Source: Marsupella aquatica (taxonomy: Eukaryota > Plantae > Marchantiophyta). Taken from it: a DNA stretch of 64,000 nt. The first letter of the stretch is position 1; each line of letters opens with the position of its first letter. Position numbers and translations under genes: made by a program. The stretch spans positions 27,552,307-27,616,306 of the forward strand of contig OZ316892.1 in assembly GCA_973895155.1 (NCBI GenBank), read 5' to 3'. Positions 50,184-64,000 of the stretch are shown here, in pieces. The notes beneath the pieces were generated by a model. It ran no database searches and was not told where the DNA came from. It saw only the letters and a list, made by a program, of their open reading frames with translations.

Positions 50184-51589
50184 AATTCTTCAATTTTTTA
50201 CATAATATGTTTCAAGAATAAGTTACTTCGAGAGATATAGGTCCAAAACATTGCACTTGATATGGGATGGTCTATATATATTGTGGCCCCAACCTTTTTT
50301 TTCCTTTTTTTTTAAGGGGAAATCTGTGAAACCCCAAAAAAGGGAAGAGTCAACCACAATAGTTGAGCCCAAGACCTATCAATCTCTATTCAAGTGAGCT
50401 TTGAAGACATACCAAAAGAAGGGAAGAAAAGTGCATTCAATTGAGAAAAGTAAGCCCCTTCAAGTTAGTCTCTACAGCAACACTCTTGGAGGTGCCTCAA
50501 TCAACCAGCACCCTGATTATTGCCCCCTAATTCTCCAGTTAATGCCTTTGCCTGCCTGACTCTTACTTGGTCAAAACATACGTGCATCCCACCTGCCCTC
50601 CCAAAAGAATGGCAGGGCAGCACCACAAACACCCGCCACCTCTGCCCTCACTATATGGAGGACCCCCCCATCACCTGCTACTTTTTTTTTATGTTTGCAG
50701 GCCTGGTCTTAAGTCACACTATTTAAATTGCACCCTCAAAATTGGCACAAAATTACCCACATTGTGCCCCCTAATAGTCCCTTGGAATCAAATGGAGAGG
50801 TATTTGATCAAATCTGAGGGGTATTTTGGTAAGTTTGGCAATTTGTGCTTGACTGTAACCCATTTTCCGTTAGGCCGGGCCCGAACCAAACTCTAAGGAG
50901 CCTCAGAGCAATTCGGGTCGGAAACTAACCAGAAGATTCCGCGACGTGTGACCACATGAGCGGCCATCAGCTTCGGAGAACGTAGGTCTGTACCAGCCGT
51001 ATAACCGCCAGAGAGGTGATAACTGACTTCGGTCCGGATTGACGTAACCTCTAACCTCCATGATGACTGGTGTGAGATCGTCGGTCCTAAACAGCGCTTC
51101 TGCACGAACGTGTCTCCGTGACCGTCGATCTGGGCCGGCGGGCTGGGCTGGACGGAACCGTGGTCAAGTCAAGGCGTAACGGAGAGTCTTAACCGCTGTG
51201 TGCGTTTAAGTAAAGTGGTTGATTGTTGATTCCAAAGATAACACTTCTTTCGTCGACTCCCGAGCTTGTGCAGCGAGTAGAAAGTGCCTACAATCTCGTC
51301 AACCAGCTCTGATTTCGAGTGTAATGCGTGCTGAAAACCGGATTTCTGAGAGAAGGAGAGGACTAATTCACTTGGGTCTTTCTGAGATTTCAATTCTCAG
51401 AGATTTTCACGAACATTCCGTGCACTGCATCGATCAGTCAAGAGTTTGGGAATTGACGTTCAATCTACTGCGGCAGCTGAGGTTTCGCTGAGAAAAGAGG
51501 TGAATTCGGGAAGAGAGACGTAGATAGATAGATTGCTGGCACTGAGATTACTTGAGAGTGAACTGGGAGAGTTCTGGGAGCAAGGGAAA

Positions 51590-53082
51590 ATGATGGGGCG
51601 AAATCAATGTAGAAGGACGGCGACTTGGTGCCATGGTGGAGTTGTTGTCTTGGGCATCTTGAGCATGACGCTTTCACTTGCAGGAGCGGCACAATACAGG
51701 GTGGGTGATGACGCGGGCTGGACGCTCAACGGCAACTACAGTGATTGGGCTGCAAAGCATACATTTCATGAGGGCGATACTATCGGTGCGGAGCTAGTTC
51801 CTCTCTTTGGATGACTCATTGCTGTGTCAGGAAAACTAACAGAAAGCGAAGCTAGACGTCTAACTAATGCAAAGCAAGGTACTGTTGATTAAATAATTAA
51901 GCAGTTCCTTCTTCAGACGGACACACCTATCGATGAGCCTTAAGTTCACCACGAGATACAAAATCCGAGATCGAAGGTATTGATACCCAACGTAGCCCAA
52001 CCTTAAAACGACATCCCCGTTACGAGAGTACAGTCGTTGCAACGTTTCGGGACGTCTGTGGCAGATAAGCAGTACTGGGCTAGAGCGGTAGCTTACATGG
52101 CCATGACTTGCGTTTATAAAATGTCTTCCCATTGGCATCAGCTAAAGTTCGTTCTAGAAGAATCTGATCGCATGCAGTTCAGGTGCAAGTAGAAAGCTGA
52201 ACTAACTTGGGTGATTGGCATTACAATGCGGCAATTCTTAAGATCAAGGAATTAAGGCTAATGTGGACCACTAACGTTCTTCAGTTACAATGAACTTGGT
52301 GCTCTGCAATGCAATCTGAAATCGAGTCAGATTGGCGACCTTCGTTAGTTCTTCCCAAGTAATTATGCCCATATCAAATCGTTTTCGCTACAAATTGGAA
52401 ACCTTGTCAGACGGATCCATCACCACCCTCGCTAAGGTGAGACTGACCTCTCAATTGGAGCTCGAAAGTCTATGTAGTGAGCTATTTCATAATGAATGAA
52501 TCTGGTGGTATGAGGACATGCACGATGTACCAGATGGATCTTGCCAGTCAGCCTCATTCAGATGTTGTCACGTGCCCCTACGTGTCTTCGAGCGATGGAA
52601 ACTAGCTCGAATCGATTATCTACGATCAGTAAAATTGATGTAAAATTTGGATGGTGCTGCTTGCAGTTTTTTCATATGAAAGGGGAGACCACGATGTGTT
52701 GCAAGTGAGCGCCGAAGACTATAATGCATGCAAAGCTTCCAACCCGATTGAGACCGATGCGAGCGGCGAGACCACATTCCTGCTCCAAGCACAGCCCTAC
52801 TACTTCATTTGCGGCTTTCCAGGTCACTGCGATGATTTTGATCAGAAACTTGCCTTGAACGTAGTACCGGCTCAAGGATCAACTGAGACTCCCAGCAACG
52901 ACATTCCGTATACTCAAGCAGCAGAGACTCCTGCTGTTACACCTGCATCCAGTCCAAGTCCAAGTCCAACAGGAGCTTTTGCGCCTGGTGCAGCACCAGC
53001 AATGTCCAGGACCTCCTTAGTGCATTCGCTGATACTCATCTCGTTGGTTGTCCTCCTCGGAAGTAAACTTTCAGCTCTGTGA
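51590..53082 (+). CDS. Phytocyanin (stellacyanin-type), signal peptide + Pro/Ser/Thr/Ala-rich linker + probable GPI anchor; exons 51590-51785, 52667-53082
   Basis: QYRVGDDAGWT..NYSDWAAKHTFHEGDTI/VFSY..DHDVLQV..YNAC..YYFICGFPGHCDDFDQKL. Phase-1 intron at the same position as in phytocyanin 1. AP/SP/TP-rich linker. Confidence 0.92.
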
Positions 53083-54443
53083 GCACCTAATCAAATTACA
53101 CAAGATTTGGAAACGATTCGAAGCCTCATATCATTATGCGACACTGGCCGTGTTCGTGAACACATCCCAAGCTGACAAGGTTATGTCTGTCTCCCTCAGC
53201 TGTCCGCTGCGTGATGAACTCGGCCCAAGTCTACCATTTTCCCTAACTCAATTCAGTTTAGGTGCATTCAAGACTAAGATTTGCTGAGGAGAGATTCTGA
53301 GAAGTCATCTTGCAGAAGCATTTTGATCAGCCCTGGTACTTTTTTAGTTCAGTCATTGTTTAAAATTGCCAAGAAGATGATCCCAGCCCTGGTACTCTTT
53401 TGGTCCAGTCATTGTTTAATATTGCCGAGAAGATGAATCCCATACCTGGACTCATCATTTGGAACTTTATAGAAAAGAGATGTGATCGTTGATACGTTTT
53501 GGTCGAACGGGACGTGTACAGGGCAATTAAGTGGCCTACTTAACACCATTTCGGTTTTTCAGTTCTTCTTCTAACTTCTATTACGAGGCAGAGAGGATCA
53601 GACCTTGCATCCTGGGTGGGTTTGGGTTCCACTGTTATAAAAGGAGAGCCATTTTCTTGTTTAGTTCATCCTCATCGCAACCGACGACTTCCACAAAACT
53701 AACCACCATGAGTGGTTTCGTGCTTCCGTTGCAAACGAAATTGCTGACTTTCATCGAGTGTTATTAAAACGACTACTGGTTAAGTTCATAGTCCTTTTTT
53801 CTTCTTCGGTCACTTTCGACCGCAGGCCAGTCAGAATATTATAATGTACTTCTCAAAACAAGTGACGGAAAGCATAAACATTCCTCTAATAAAACGAGAA
53901 AACCTTTAAACATGTAGTTGTAAAGAACGCTTCATGGAATCAGCCAGGTTCAATAGAATCAAATTGTGTGGATGCTTCTTTTAGTCGATCATAATTGGAC
54001 ATGGTAACTGTCCAATAATATGAAGATACCACCAAAGCTCAAAACTCAGTTGCAGGCCAACTGACAATCAAAAGAATACCCGACGTTGACGACAAGGTTG
54101 GGGAAATCATGTTGAGATGTGCCTGAGACGCGATAATCATGAGGCGCACATCCTAAATCTCGAATAGACCTTAGCATCCAAACATCCAAGGGACAGTCTA
54201 GCTGAAATGCTTCATCCCGATTAAAATAATTCTCGATCTACTCCGACGGGAAACGGTTACAATGTCGTTTAAACTATAATTAAAAGAGCCAGGCTGATCG
54301 AACCTGTAATGGCTCTGCTTGCATGAGATTCACCTCATCGATGGGTGAACCAGCGCATAAACTACGCTAAGTACAGAAAATCTGAATGAGTGTCTCGTAT
54401 TGCGTGAAATTGCTAAAATTGGTTAATAGACTTCTCCATCATT

Positions 54444-57400
54444 CTATGTGAGTGAAGTCAATGGTGTTCCACTTATAAACGAGCTGAAGAGAGCAAGTGC
54501 TCTTGCAGGTTGAGAGTACGGCACCATGTGGGCGGCGCCTCTGACTGTAGCATACGTAAGATTTCCTGCAGTTTTCGTCCAGCCAGCCACCTAAACACAG
54601 CAAAACGAAAACAAACACGCTTGGTTAAACCAACGTCCTAGTACAAAGGCTCGGAGAATCCATGCCGAAGAAAAGTTCATATGCTCTGGAGATAGGTATT
54701 TCACCTGTTGGTTGTGGTACCAAGCTGTGTAATTTACAGTGGTCTCCAAATGGAGCCTGTTGGCAATGGTGTCCACGTTTATCCGTGTTCCTATAAATGG
54801 GACAACTTGATCGGCATCCCCACTGTCGAAATTGCACATTCGTAGGAAAAAGGTCAGAGAAGTGATATCCAGGTCATGACATTCTAATCCCGGATGCACT
54901 CATTAGGCAGCGGTTAGGTCAAGTACCACTAGTACAAAGAAAGCGGAATTACTCATATACTTTCTGCGGTAGCGCAACCGGAGCATCATCGGAAAAACTC
55001 GAGAAAGATTGCTAGAAACTCCAAGGGTCAGTTAAACAACCTATAGATCAATATCTTCAAATGATTTTCCTGAAGCAGATCGGAGAGCACCGGCAATATA
55101 TCGAGTGTATAGTTTGAAAGCGAGTACTTCAAAACCCTGCGAGTGACAGTGTAACACGTCAGTTTTCAAAACCACAGTTCCTGCTAAGTTGTACGTTCAA
55201 GCTATAAATTTATGATCTACGGCGCAACCATGTTCCCAAACTTAAGATCTTAGACATTATTATAATGTAGAGTTGCAAACTTTAAGCAGGGTAGGGAATA
55301 GAGGCTCATACCCACTACACTGTTGATAGTCATAATTCAATTTAGTTGTGTTAGCGTGTAGAGCCGCTTGAACGTCTGGCAAGTTCAGGTAAGCCACCAT
55401 TTCGTTATCGATGCACACATCCACTCCAAGGCTTCGATGTGTTAACTGTGCACTCAAACAGAATTCCCCGGCACAGACTTTAGCGTCGCAAGCTTCAGAA
55501 CAAGTTTGCAATTTTGCGGCTGGAAGGGAATGAGAAGAAACCGCTGACCTTACTATGAAGTCTTAATTCCTGCTCCGCCACTCCTGGCAAGCACACATCC
55601 AGAAGGACATCGTATGCGTTGATGTAAGCACCTTCTTCAGTATACGTATTTGTGATGAAGTTGTCGCACGAATCCGAAATTTCACCTGTAAGGGCATACT
55701 GCCTGAAATCACAGCTTTTCCTAATCCCGCTGAACGTCGTTTGCGAGATAAGTCCGTGAGACCAAAGGAAAGTGTAAATAGCAGCTGTATCGACACTGTA
55801 GCGAATCAGAGGATTGCCGATCTGCCGGTTCAAAACGGTGTCATGGTTAGGCTAAGGGGACAAAATACAGGAAATGTAAATAGATGAGCACTTCCAACAG
55901 TATCTACAGGTCAAACCCGTGGAGAGCCTGCAAATTTTGATGGGGATTGCCACATGATATCGAGACATCAAAGCCACTAATCAAAAACCAGAATCTCATT
56001 TTCGGCGTTGGTCATTACTCACTAAAATTCCATTCAAGTTGAACACGAAATCCCTTGTTGGATTCTTGTTGTATTGAGACACGAGTGCTGCCAATTGGGG
56101 AATGTAGTGGCCTGCATGTTCTCAATGTTGTGCAGCTACATCAAAGCCTCATCATGTTCGAGGCACTTAAGAAAGACAAAGACCCCCCAAAAGACTGTCG
56201 CAAAGGCTACGAATAAAAGAATTCATGGGATAGTTCTGGAATGAAATGTTGCGAGATACACAATTACCTGCATAGCTCTCCCCAGTCAGGTAAAATTCGT
56301 GTGACTTGTATTCAGGAAACTTATCGAACCAGTTCAAAAGGAATTCCAGATTATCTTGAGCTGAAATAGCAACGAGACAGGCACAGTCAATACTTGCAAA
56401 GGAGATCTGTACGAGCTTCTGAAGTTTGGCACCGGGGAAATCAGAGAAGTTCTCTAAGAAAACGAGTTCAGACAAAGTCCGGTTCAAGGTTATTAAAACT
56501 TGACTGATATCGGGTATTTCAAACGGCGAGTCTCGAAGCTCAAAGCACAAACGAAACAGAAACCGCACTTAGTGAAGAGGAAGCTCACCAGTGCTTTCAT
56601 CCGTTGCCGAAAGATAATCAGAACTAGTATTAGAGTACGACCAGCCAACTCCGACAGGTGATTCCAAAAAGAGTAGGTTGGCCACTGCACAGCCATGCAT
56701 CAGCAAAGGCATTGAGGGTCACGGAAGTGAGACCATGAAAGATCAAAAGGGCATCAGATACGGGATATATCTCAAATCCATCACAACGACCACACCGTCC
56801 TAATGACGTCGAATGTAAATTTTTGTACTGAGATATGAGCCAGGCCTGGAGGCTAACCGTTATTCCAAGAGTGCGAATTTCTGACGAGCCCGTCGGCATA
56901 GCCGTTTGGGAAGAAGGGGCCAAGTTCTGTGAAACCTCCGCCAGCCACCGAAGAGCAGCCTGGACCTGCACCAAAATTGACACGAACAGTCGATCAATCA
57001 TCCATACCCAACCTCTGGGACTAGCCGTGGGGAATTGAGCAAGATCTAAGCCGTTCGCAGTCTCTGTAGGTCATAATTAGGCACGGTGGCGACCAATCGT
57101 AGGAACATCACAGGCATCAGCACGGCTGGCACATGCCGAGGGGCTATAGTGATATAGAACTTGACAGAAAATTAGATCAATATTCCGGTCTTGAGTTGTC
57201 ACGATCCCTAGCCAGATTTCAGCTGGCTCTAGCTGTAGATAGGCACCTGTGGCAATCAGGTGTCACTGCTGGCAGAAACGTAATTAAGGTGCTTCTAATG
57301 TTCCCCAGCCCAGTTCACAAAGCGTACGAGGCTGTGGCACTATTTCAAGTTGAGTTACGAGACGGGACAGAACCCATCGCTAGATACGAAGGACATCCAA

Positions 57401-57952
57401 ATTCATGGCATTGTGTACATATCTCTCAGAAGTTCCTCGAACGACCGTTGAAGTCCCTTCTCAATGAATTTCGCGAATCACGGGACGAGCACAAAGTATA
57501 ATTTGAACAGTACTAGAGATCAATCATATCCAAAAAACGATCATATGCTATACGGATCAGGAGCTGCAGGTCACAAAATTCAGAAAGTGAGGCTCAAGAA
57601 ACAATTCCGCCACTTTAAGCATGAATCAAGATCTCTCGTCGCATTCCAAGGGCTTCCGCTCGAATTACGTACCCCCGTTTAGCCACAGAGCGAGAGGCTT
57701 GAGTTCGGGATCATGAGTGGCCTCCACAAAGTAATAAAAGAATGCTCGGCCTTTTCGCTGGTCCACTGTTACGTGACCAGCATATTGCTTGAACTGGACG
57801 CTGGGCTGTCCCGGTAACTTCACCACCAGGTCCTGCAGCGGAGCAGCTCTAGTTGGGGTATTGCAAACTAATAACAATGTGGTCAACAGCAGCAGCCATG
57901 CTTTTCTAAACAGTGACAAGCGCCTCTTGGTGGTACGTATCGTCAGCTCCAT
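54444..57952 (-). CDS. Serine carboxypeptidase-like protein (peptidase S10, clade II-like); exons 57952-57673, 56965-56858, 56684-56589, 56360-56268, 56111-56023, 55821-55549, 55445-55312, 55136-55041, 54822-54705, 54590-54444
   Basis: [37 protein letters not shown], catalytic GESYAGHY, SGDAD and GAAHMVP. All nine introns are GT-AG with consistent phases. Confidence 0.95.
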
Positions 57953-58771
57953 CGTCCTGCTGCATAGCTACAACACCCAGCTGCGTGCTCTACGTGTCAT
58001 TCGCCGCACATAGATATCTATAATGCAATCATGACGGAAATATAATTAGAATCGATGCGACCAGCTAGCTTTCGCCAAGTCCAAATGCTGCTCAATTCAA
58101 AGGGAGGGAAAATCTGGGGAGAAAATACACACCAGCCCACGTCATGATTCGAATGGACCTCAGGATTACTAACGATTCTAAATATGGCTCAAGAGAGGTC
58201 TCAGGTGATCGATATTGAAGACGATAAGAAACACAGACAAACCCAACGCCGGGCAGATAACGAATCTTTGTGCAGGTCGATCGTTGTGAAGGACGGACAG
58301 AAAAACCAGACATCACCCCTACTCGAGCTACACTGAATGGTCCCCAAAATTCCTAGTCAACAGACATTTCCAATTTACGAATTATCACTATCAAGATCTC
58401 GACCAGCTGTCTCTACTCTAGCGCACATTATTGCAAAATCTCGACTAGCTAGTCCAGCTCTGCGACCAACACTTCATGCTCGGCACTGGCTCGACTTGAT
58501 TCGGCCATTGGGGATGAGGTAACTGGATCGAAACGCCGAGGACTATGGCGGTATCACCAGCTCAAACTTCAAGCGTAGTCAGACCTGCCTGAAACAAACC
58601 TAGAAAAGGCCGCCATGTACTGTACAGGTGGGTGAACTCGCCTGCAGCAACTTACCCAGAAAGCAAGACAGGCGGGACCGTGGAGGTAGTTTGTATACGA
58701 TGGACCTCGGAGTAGATGAAGGTAGTGAATATGCATTCGATAATCTGCGTTCACGGCAAGCGATTGAATTT

Positions 58772-58960
58772 GGGAGACCACAGTTTAGACAGACTTTCCT
58801 CGCCAACCACGACAATAGAGAGTAGTGGGGTCAGAAAAGAAAGGCCGAGAGGGAGTCCGGCAAACGATGGAAACTGGGAGACCACGCAGTTTGGACTTTC
58901 CTCGTTAACCACGACGAGAGAGAGTAGTGGGACTCACAAGAGACGAGGCCGAGAAGGGAG
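58772..58960. repeat. Diverged ~104-bp tandem duplication upstream of SCPL
   Basis: gggagaccac..gactttcctcg..aaccacgac..gagagtagtggg..aggccgaga occurs twice. Confidence 0.7.
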
Positions 58961-60720
58961 TGCGGTAGGCGTCTAGATAGAATGATCGCTATCTCTAACA
59001 GGAGCTTTGCTCTTGTAAGACGAAATTTATACTGCTAGTAAGCATGCTACATACAGTACTGGTAACTAAAGTGTGCAGGGACGACCGTCGCAATTATGAG
59101 ACACGAAAAGGGCTGTGTGCATATAATGGGCCCTGTTTTATACAGGCTACATCCACTACAGAAGCCAGAGACGACGCTGGCTGCATTATCAGTAGTCCCA
59201 CATTAAAAGACTGGAATCATGCCGAGCTCCTTTATTTTCGAAAACCTCTCCAGAAACGCCTTCCTCCTCCTGCCCATCCCTGACTGCTTTGAGTGGCATT
59301 TTGGAATTGAAGGCGAGCCGGCTTCCACGTGCGGAATTCTACGGTTATCAAGAGCCTCAGAATACGGTCCATCACTGTTTCCATAGTCCAAAGTAGTACA
59401 TACGATGGCTCGCTCGACTTTCACTGCAGCACCCAATTGACTAAACAGTCTCCCACTCAACAACAGCATACCTCAAAGGTAAAACCGACCAGAATGTGCA
59501 CCGGAACAAGTAGTGCATACTTGCATGGATAAGAGATGATTATACCGAGCAGGAAATCGAAACAAGGTCGGCGGTAGATTTCATGGACAATTTGGTCAAA
59601 TGTTCGCTCGCTAACAGAGGTCGCCAGCTTTACTCCAAGAACTTCCAGACGTACTTCTCTCTGTGAAAGACCTCAAAATCCAATCACATTCCCGTTCAAA
59701 GTCGTACGTTGATTGCTGACTCCGTTTTAGAGGAGTCGAGACCGACCAGCAGTCTGTGACTCTGTGTCTCCAATTTCACCTTCCGTTCCGTCGCCGCCGC
59801 CTCTTCCACCTCCTTCGCCAGCTCTGTTTACGTTACCCATCACACCATGCATGCGAAATTGTCTGCCCAATTCCTCCATGCACGGAGTCTAGAGCCTCCC
59901 TGAGCAGCATTCCATGAAACACGACGCCAGTGTCCTCTGAGTACGATGTTTACTGGTAACTTGCATTGATTAGGAGTAGTTAACCAAATCAGTCTTCCAC
60001 TTAATTAATCGAATCCCGACAAACAATGATTTCAAATACAGTATGTAGAGCTTGAACAGAAGTGCCTTCTTCTTGGGAATTCATTACTTTTGCCGTCCTC
60101 GCGTACTATAGTTGCCAGGTATGGACTAAACTGCATGTCTTTTCCTTCCGGGCTCCCGAAGTGCTTCCTATTTTCTCGATACTAGGCAATGAGATTAGAT
60201 GCTTTCTGTCTGGAAGCTAATAATCACAAGTTATTCAGAACTTTGAGGTTTGGCACGAGTTTGAAACTGGCCAGAAAACTGGAATCGTTCGTTCATTGAC
60301 AGGTTTACTCCAGTCTTCAATGTTCAAATTGACAGTTGCATTCACAAACTGCCAACTGATTCCAAATCCAATTCACGATGTGAGACACAATTATAATCAA
60401 ACGAAACAAGAATCCAATGAAGCACTAGTAGAATAGATTTTCCGTATTGTATGGGAGAGTATTTCTTTCAACAATTTATTCTCTCAATTCAATTTTTTTA
60501 AACAATTGCTCCGTTCGGATGATCGATTGATCGTAGGACCATCATTACGCCTAGTAGCTAGCCTGCAGAAGCAGTATGCTGCAAGACCCGTAAACTCAGC
60601 CATCAGGGGCGTCAATTGATAGCCAGAACTGGATGCCAGGCCCCGTACAGCCTCAGGTTCACCTGCAATCATCAGCCATGAATCTTGATTTTTTTAAATG
60701 ACATAGTAACGGTCTCCTCA

Positions 60721-61050
60721 CTATGCTGTATTCATCTAATGTAATGCACCGACTACTTTGTCAATATGCCGTATTCATCTACTGTAATGCACCAAAGAAT
60801 ATATTGCTATGCTGTACACATCTACTGTAATGCACCAAAGAATATATTGCTATGCTGTACACATCTACTGTAATGCGCCAAAGAATATATTGCTATGCTG
60901 TACACATCTACTGTAATGCACCAAAGAATATATTTCTATACAGTATCTCTACTGTAATGCACCAAAGAATATATTGCTATGCTGTATTCATCTACTGTAA
61001 TGCACCAAAGAATATATTGCTATCCTGTATTCATTTACTGTAATGTACCG
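60721..61050. repeat. Minisatellite, 43-bp unit x ~8
   Basis: ctatgctgtacacatctactgtaatgcaccaaagaatatattg with starts at 60721, 60764, 60807, 60850, 60893, 60936, 60977 and 61020. Confidence 0.95.
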
Positions 61051-64000
61051 AATATTAATCATAGATTGAATGAGTTTTGGGGATTATTTTAATGAGTGAA
61101 AAAGAAAATGAGGTAATGAACGGTCTTCTTAAGTTTGTCACAAACATGAAAGTGTACGTGTGTACAGGTCAGTATAATTCCTTCAGTACAATCCCTCTAC
61201 GGTAGAATTCCAATCTTGCTCTCAAGCCTGCTGAAGGTAAAGTGATGGAGGCTTAGAGGTGATTACAAGTTGTGATTTTAGTCGAAAGGTACTTGATTTC
61301 TTACTTAAATTCTTGGGTAGACTATAAGCAGCAAGGCCGACGAGGGCACTCAACAGAAATCATCATCAAAGTTTCAAATTGACTTGCTACTTTTGATTAG
61401 AGCGCGGACTGCAGCAAGATGCAAGACTGCAGCAAGATGCAAGACTGCAGGCTGCAGCAACATGAAACAACACCAGTGCAAAACACTGCCAATATGGTCA
61501 GTACAGTCTTTTCAATTGGCCATGCTTATCCTTGACTGCACAGAACATCTAAGTGCTCATCAAGACAAAGTGACAAACCCTTGTCTATGATTTAACTCAT
61601 CCCAGACATGTGTTTTGATCAGCGATGTCTACACTAGATGTGACGACTACTGTAGATCTTCGAGATTGATCTGTTGCACGTAGCAAGATAAAATTCCCTA
61701 ATAAGAAATCACGTTTTGCGAGTTTACGGTCGATACGAATGTCTGGTCCTGTATGCAAGACAAAGACTGTACATACATTGGGGATCGAGAGGGGATTCAA
61801 ACGAAGTGCTGAAGGAATGACTCTGGAGTCACTGGAGGTCATGGTCAGTTGATCCACCCGTGGGACTTAACGCTTCCATCTGACGAGAGCTCAGTTGGGT
61901 ACTTGGGTACTGCAGCAGCGAGCTACCACTCAACAAAGAGCTCGATCCAATTGGCACGGGACAGTTCACAAGTATGATTGCCGAATATCAGCCATTGCAC
62001 TTGCACAATGGGGCGTGGATATCTACTGTAGCTAATACTAGCTAATTACTACAGCCTAGTACAATCATCATTTCCCTTGAAAACCGTGTTCCGGTGAAGC
62101 AATGAGAACAGATTATTTATATGCTTTCCCTCTAATCTTTCTACTGTTGGAAAGTGACGCCACTATTGACACACCGGTTGCTATATGGATATTATAGGAT
62201 TGGATGGACACACTCCTAAATTATGAAGGGTCAATGGAGCATAATTTAACATAAACTACGCGCCTAGATCTAGAACTGGTGGTAAAAAAGCGGTATAGGT
62301 GATATATCAAAACCACTAAATTAAAAATATGGAAAAGTTGCTCCTTGTTGGGGAACAACTCCTCTTATGGCTACTGCCATTCCTTTTGTTTATAGGGGTT
62401 CTGGGAATCCACTTTTTGTGGTCCTGGTTTAACCCTCTTCCTAGTATGTGACCTGTGGGATCCCTGAGTATTGTCTCCCTTGTGGGTTTCTTACAGTGGT
62501 CTATATATCCTCTGCTGGATGGGTCTACTTTTGGCTCACGGCACAAAGCAGGTGACAATGAGGAAACACATGAAACTGAAAGAGCCAATTAAAGGAACAC
62601 AAACTGCAGCACCGTGCTAGGTATACATCAGCTAAGCATATGTAAATATGTAGCTTTGACAACTCATTCATTGTGCTATCTGCCTACTTGCCCAACTTAG
62701 ACATCATTTTAAAGCAACAAAAAAACAATTAATTATTCTTTGAATTTTGCGACCATTTCTTCCAAGTATGCCTGTTGTTGGCGCATTCTTGCATACCTTG
62801 TGTTTTGAATGACTGGACCACAACTACATTGAGCCAACTCTTCAACGTTCAAAGTCAATTGGAGTATGTAATGGGCTGAAAAGCCAACATATATAGAGTG
62901 TCAGCAAAAATCATGGGAAAATGTTTTCTGCTTGAAATTATTATGATTGCAATATTGTTGGACAAACTGAAAGTCATGTTTACTTAAACCACACCTCCCC
63001 TTTAAAGGCTACAGGTTACCTATAGCTGTTATTAAATTAAAGTAGCTTTTCTTTAAATCATGGAGTAAACTGACATGGTAGAGGAGAACAGAGAGTGTAC
63101 TATGGAATAAAGGAAGGTCTTGGACACTATATGGCCGGTGGTGATTTAAAACGGTAATACTGATATTAAGCAAAAGAGCTTCAGGGACTAACCAACACCA
63201 AGTTCAAACCAAGGGGGCAAATGCAAACTACAGAAAACTATTAAAAAAAGAGAAAGTAGAGTACTAGGGTTATTGCTTTTCAAGGTTGACCAGTTTAACG
63301 GCATTAATTTTTATAAAGTGAGATAGATTTTGCCTCGAGATTTGCTATTTTTCTGAGCAGCTTTTTAGACATTTTATACTGTAGAGATCTGTGATGATCG
63401 ATTATTATTCGCTCTTTGCCAAAGTACCAAAGGTGGGGAATAATGGTCGACTGGGCCGTATCTGCTGTCAATTTGTTTCCACGCAGCTTTTAATCAATTT
63501 CCTTGGCCGGCTGCTGCGCAATTCTCCCGTTCTGCACACTTTGAGCCATGAACGTCTGCGCTGGACACGGCTTAAAGAACTAAAGAGGAGGAAAGAAAGA
63601 GTCTTCGGTCGAGTCAATCATGACGCAGTAACGCTTCAACAATGAGCCCTCACACTCTCACTCTGTACAGTGAATTGGCGAGCTTTTGCGCACTTAATCA
63701 AAGCTACTTTTCTTGGGACTACGTAAATGCTCGGTAGTGCCCTCGTGATCAGGCTCGACTGGCCTCAGTCTTGCTTGACGTAATCCATGGGCAATCCGTG
63801 TCCACTACTGTAGACATTTGATGAAAGACATATTGTCAACTCATTCACAAGGAAAGTCGCGAAACGGTAGAATGAGAGGGCAGGAATGGACTCTAGGTGT
63901 GCAGCTTACTGAGCATGCGAAAGAACGATGTACTGGAGGCCAATGTGAAACGACGGTCCTTGCTGAGCTCACAATGGTTCGATCATACTACGATTAATTA

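Noticed and set aside
60721-61050. CRISPR-like array
   Set aside because: Units are contiguous with no unique spacers, the context is eukaryotic and there are no cas genes.
62316-62588. 90-aa minus-strand ORF
   Set aside because: Non-ATG start, no domain similarity and low-complexity repeat-like DNA.

Overview
Eukaryotic nuclear DNA from a land plant. GT-AG introns, plant-type eEF2, phytocyanins and an SCPL are present, and the gene content suggests a bryophyte or liverwort-like lineage (inference). Positions 1.8-21.6 kb are a tandem duplication of a ~9-11 kb unit. Each unit carries a head-to-head pair: an intronless, non-canonical HSPA12-type Hsp70 (minus strand) and a coiled-coil protein with a GIL1/IRKI-type C-terminal domain (plus strand). 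The last ~55 residues of that domain read like a GrpE beta-head. Both genes of unit 2 are intact and both genes of unit 1 carry several independent lesions. This suggests a co-dependent two-gene module, possibly an atypical Hsp70 with its own nucleotide-exchange partner, and is the best candidate for an undescribed system. The rest of the window holds a DUF697-like orphan ORF, a probably plastid-targeted protein of unknown function, a 3-exon eEF2 gene, two divergent stellacyanin-type phytocyanins, a 10-exon serine carboxypeptidase-like gene, several MITE/TIR elements, a tRNA-derived repeat and minisatellites. Family assignments come from motif recognition by eye, not database searches.
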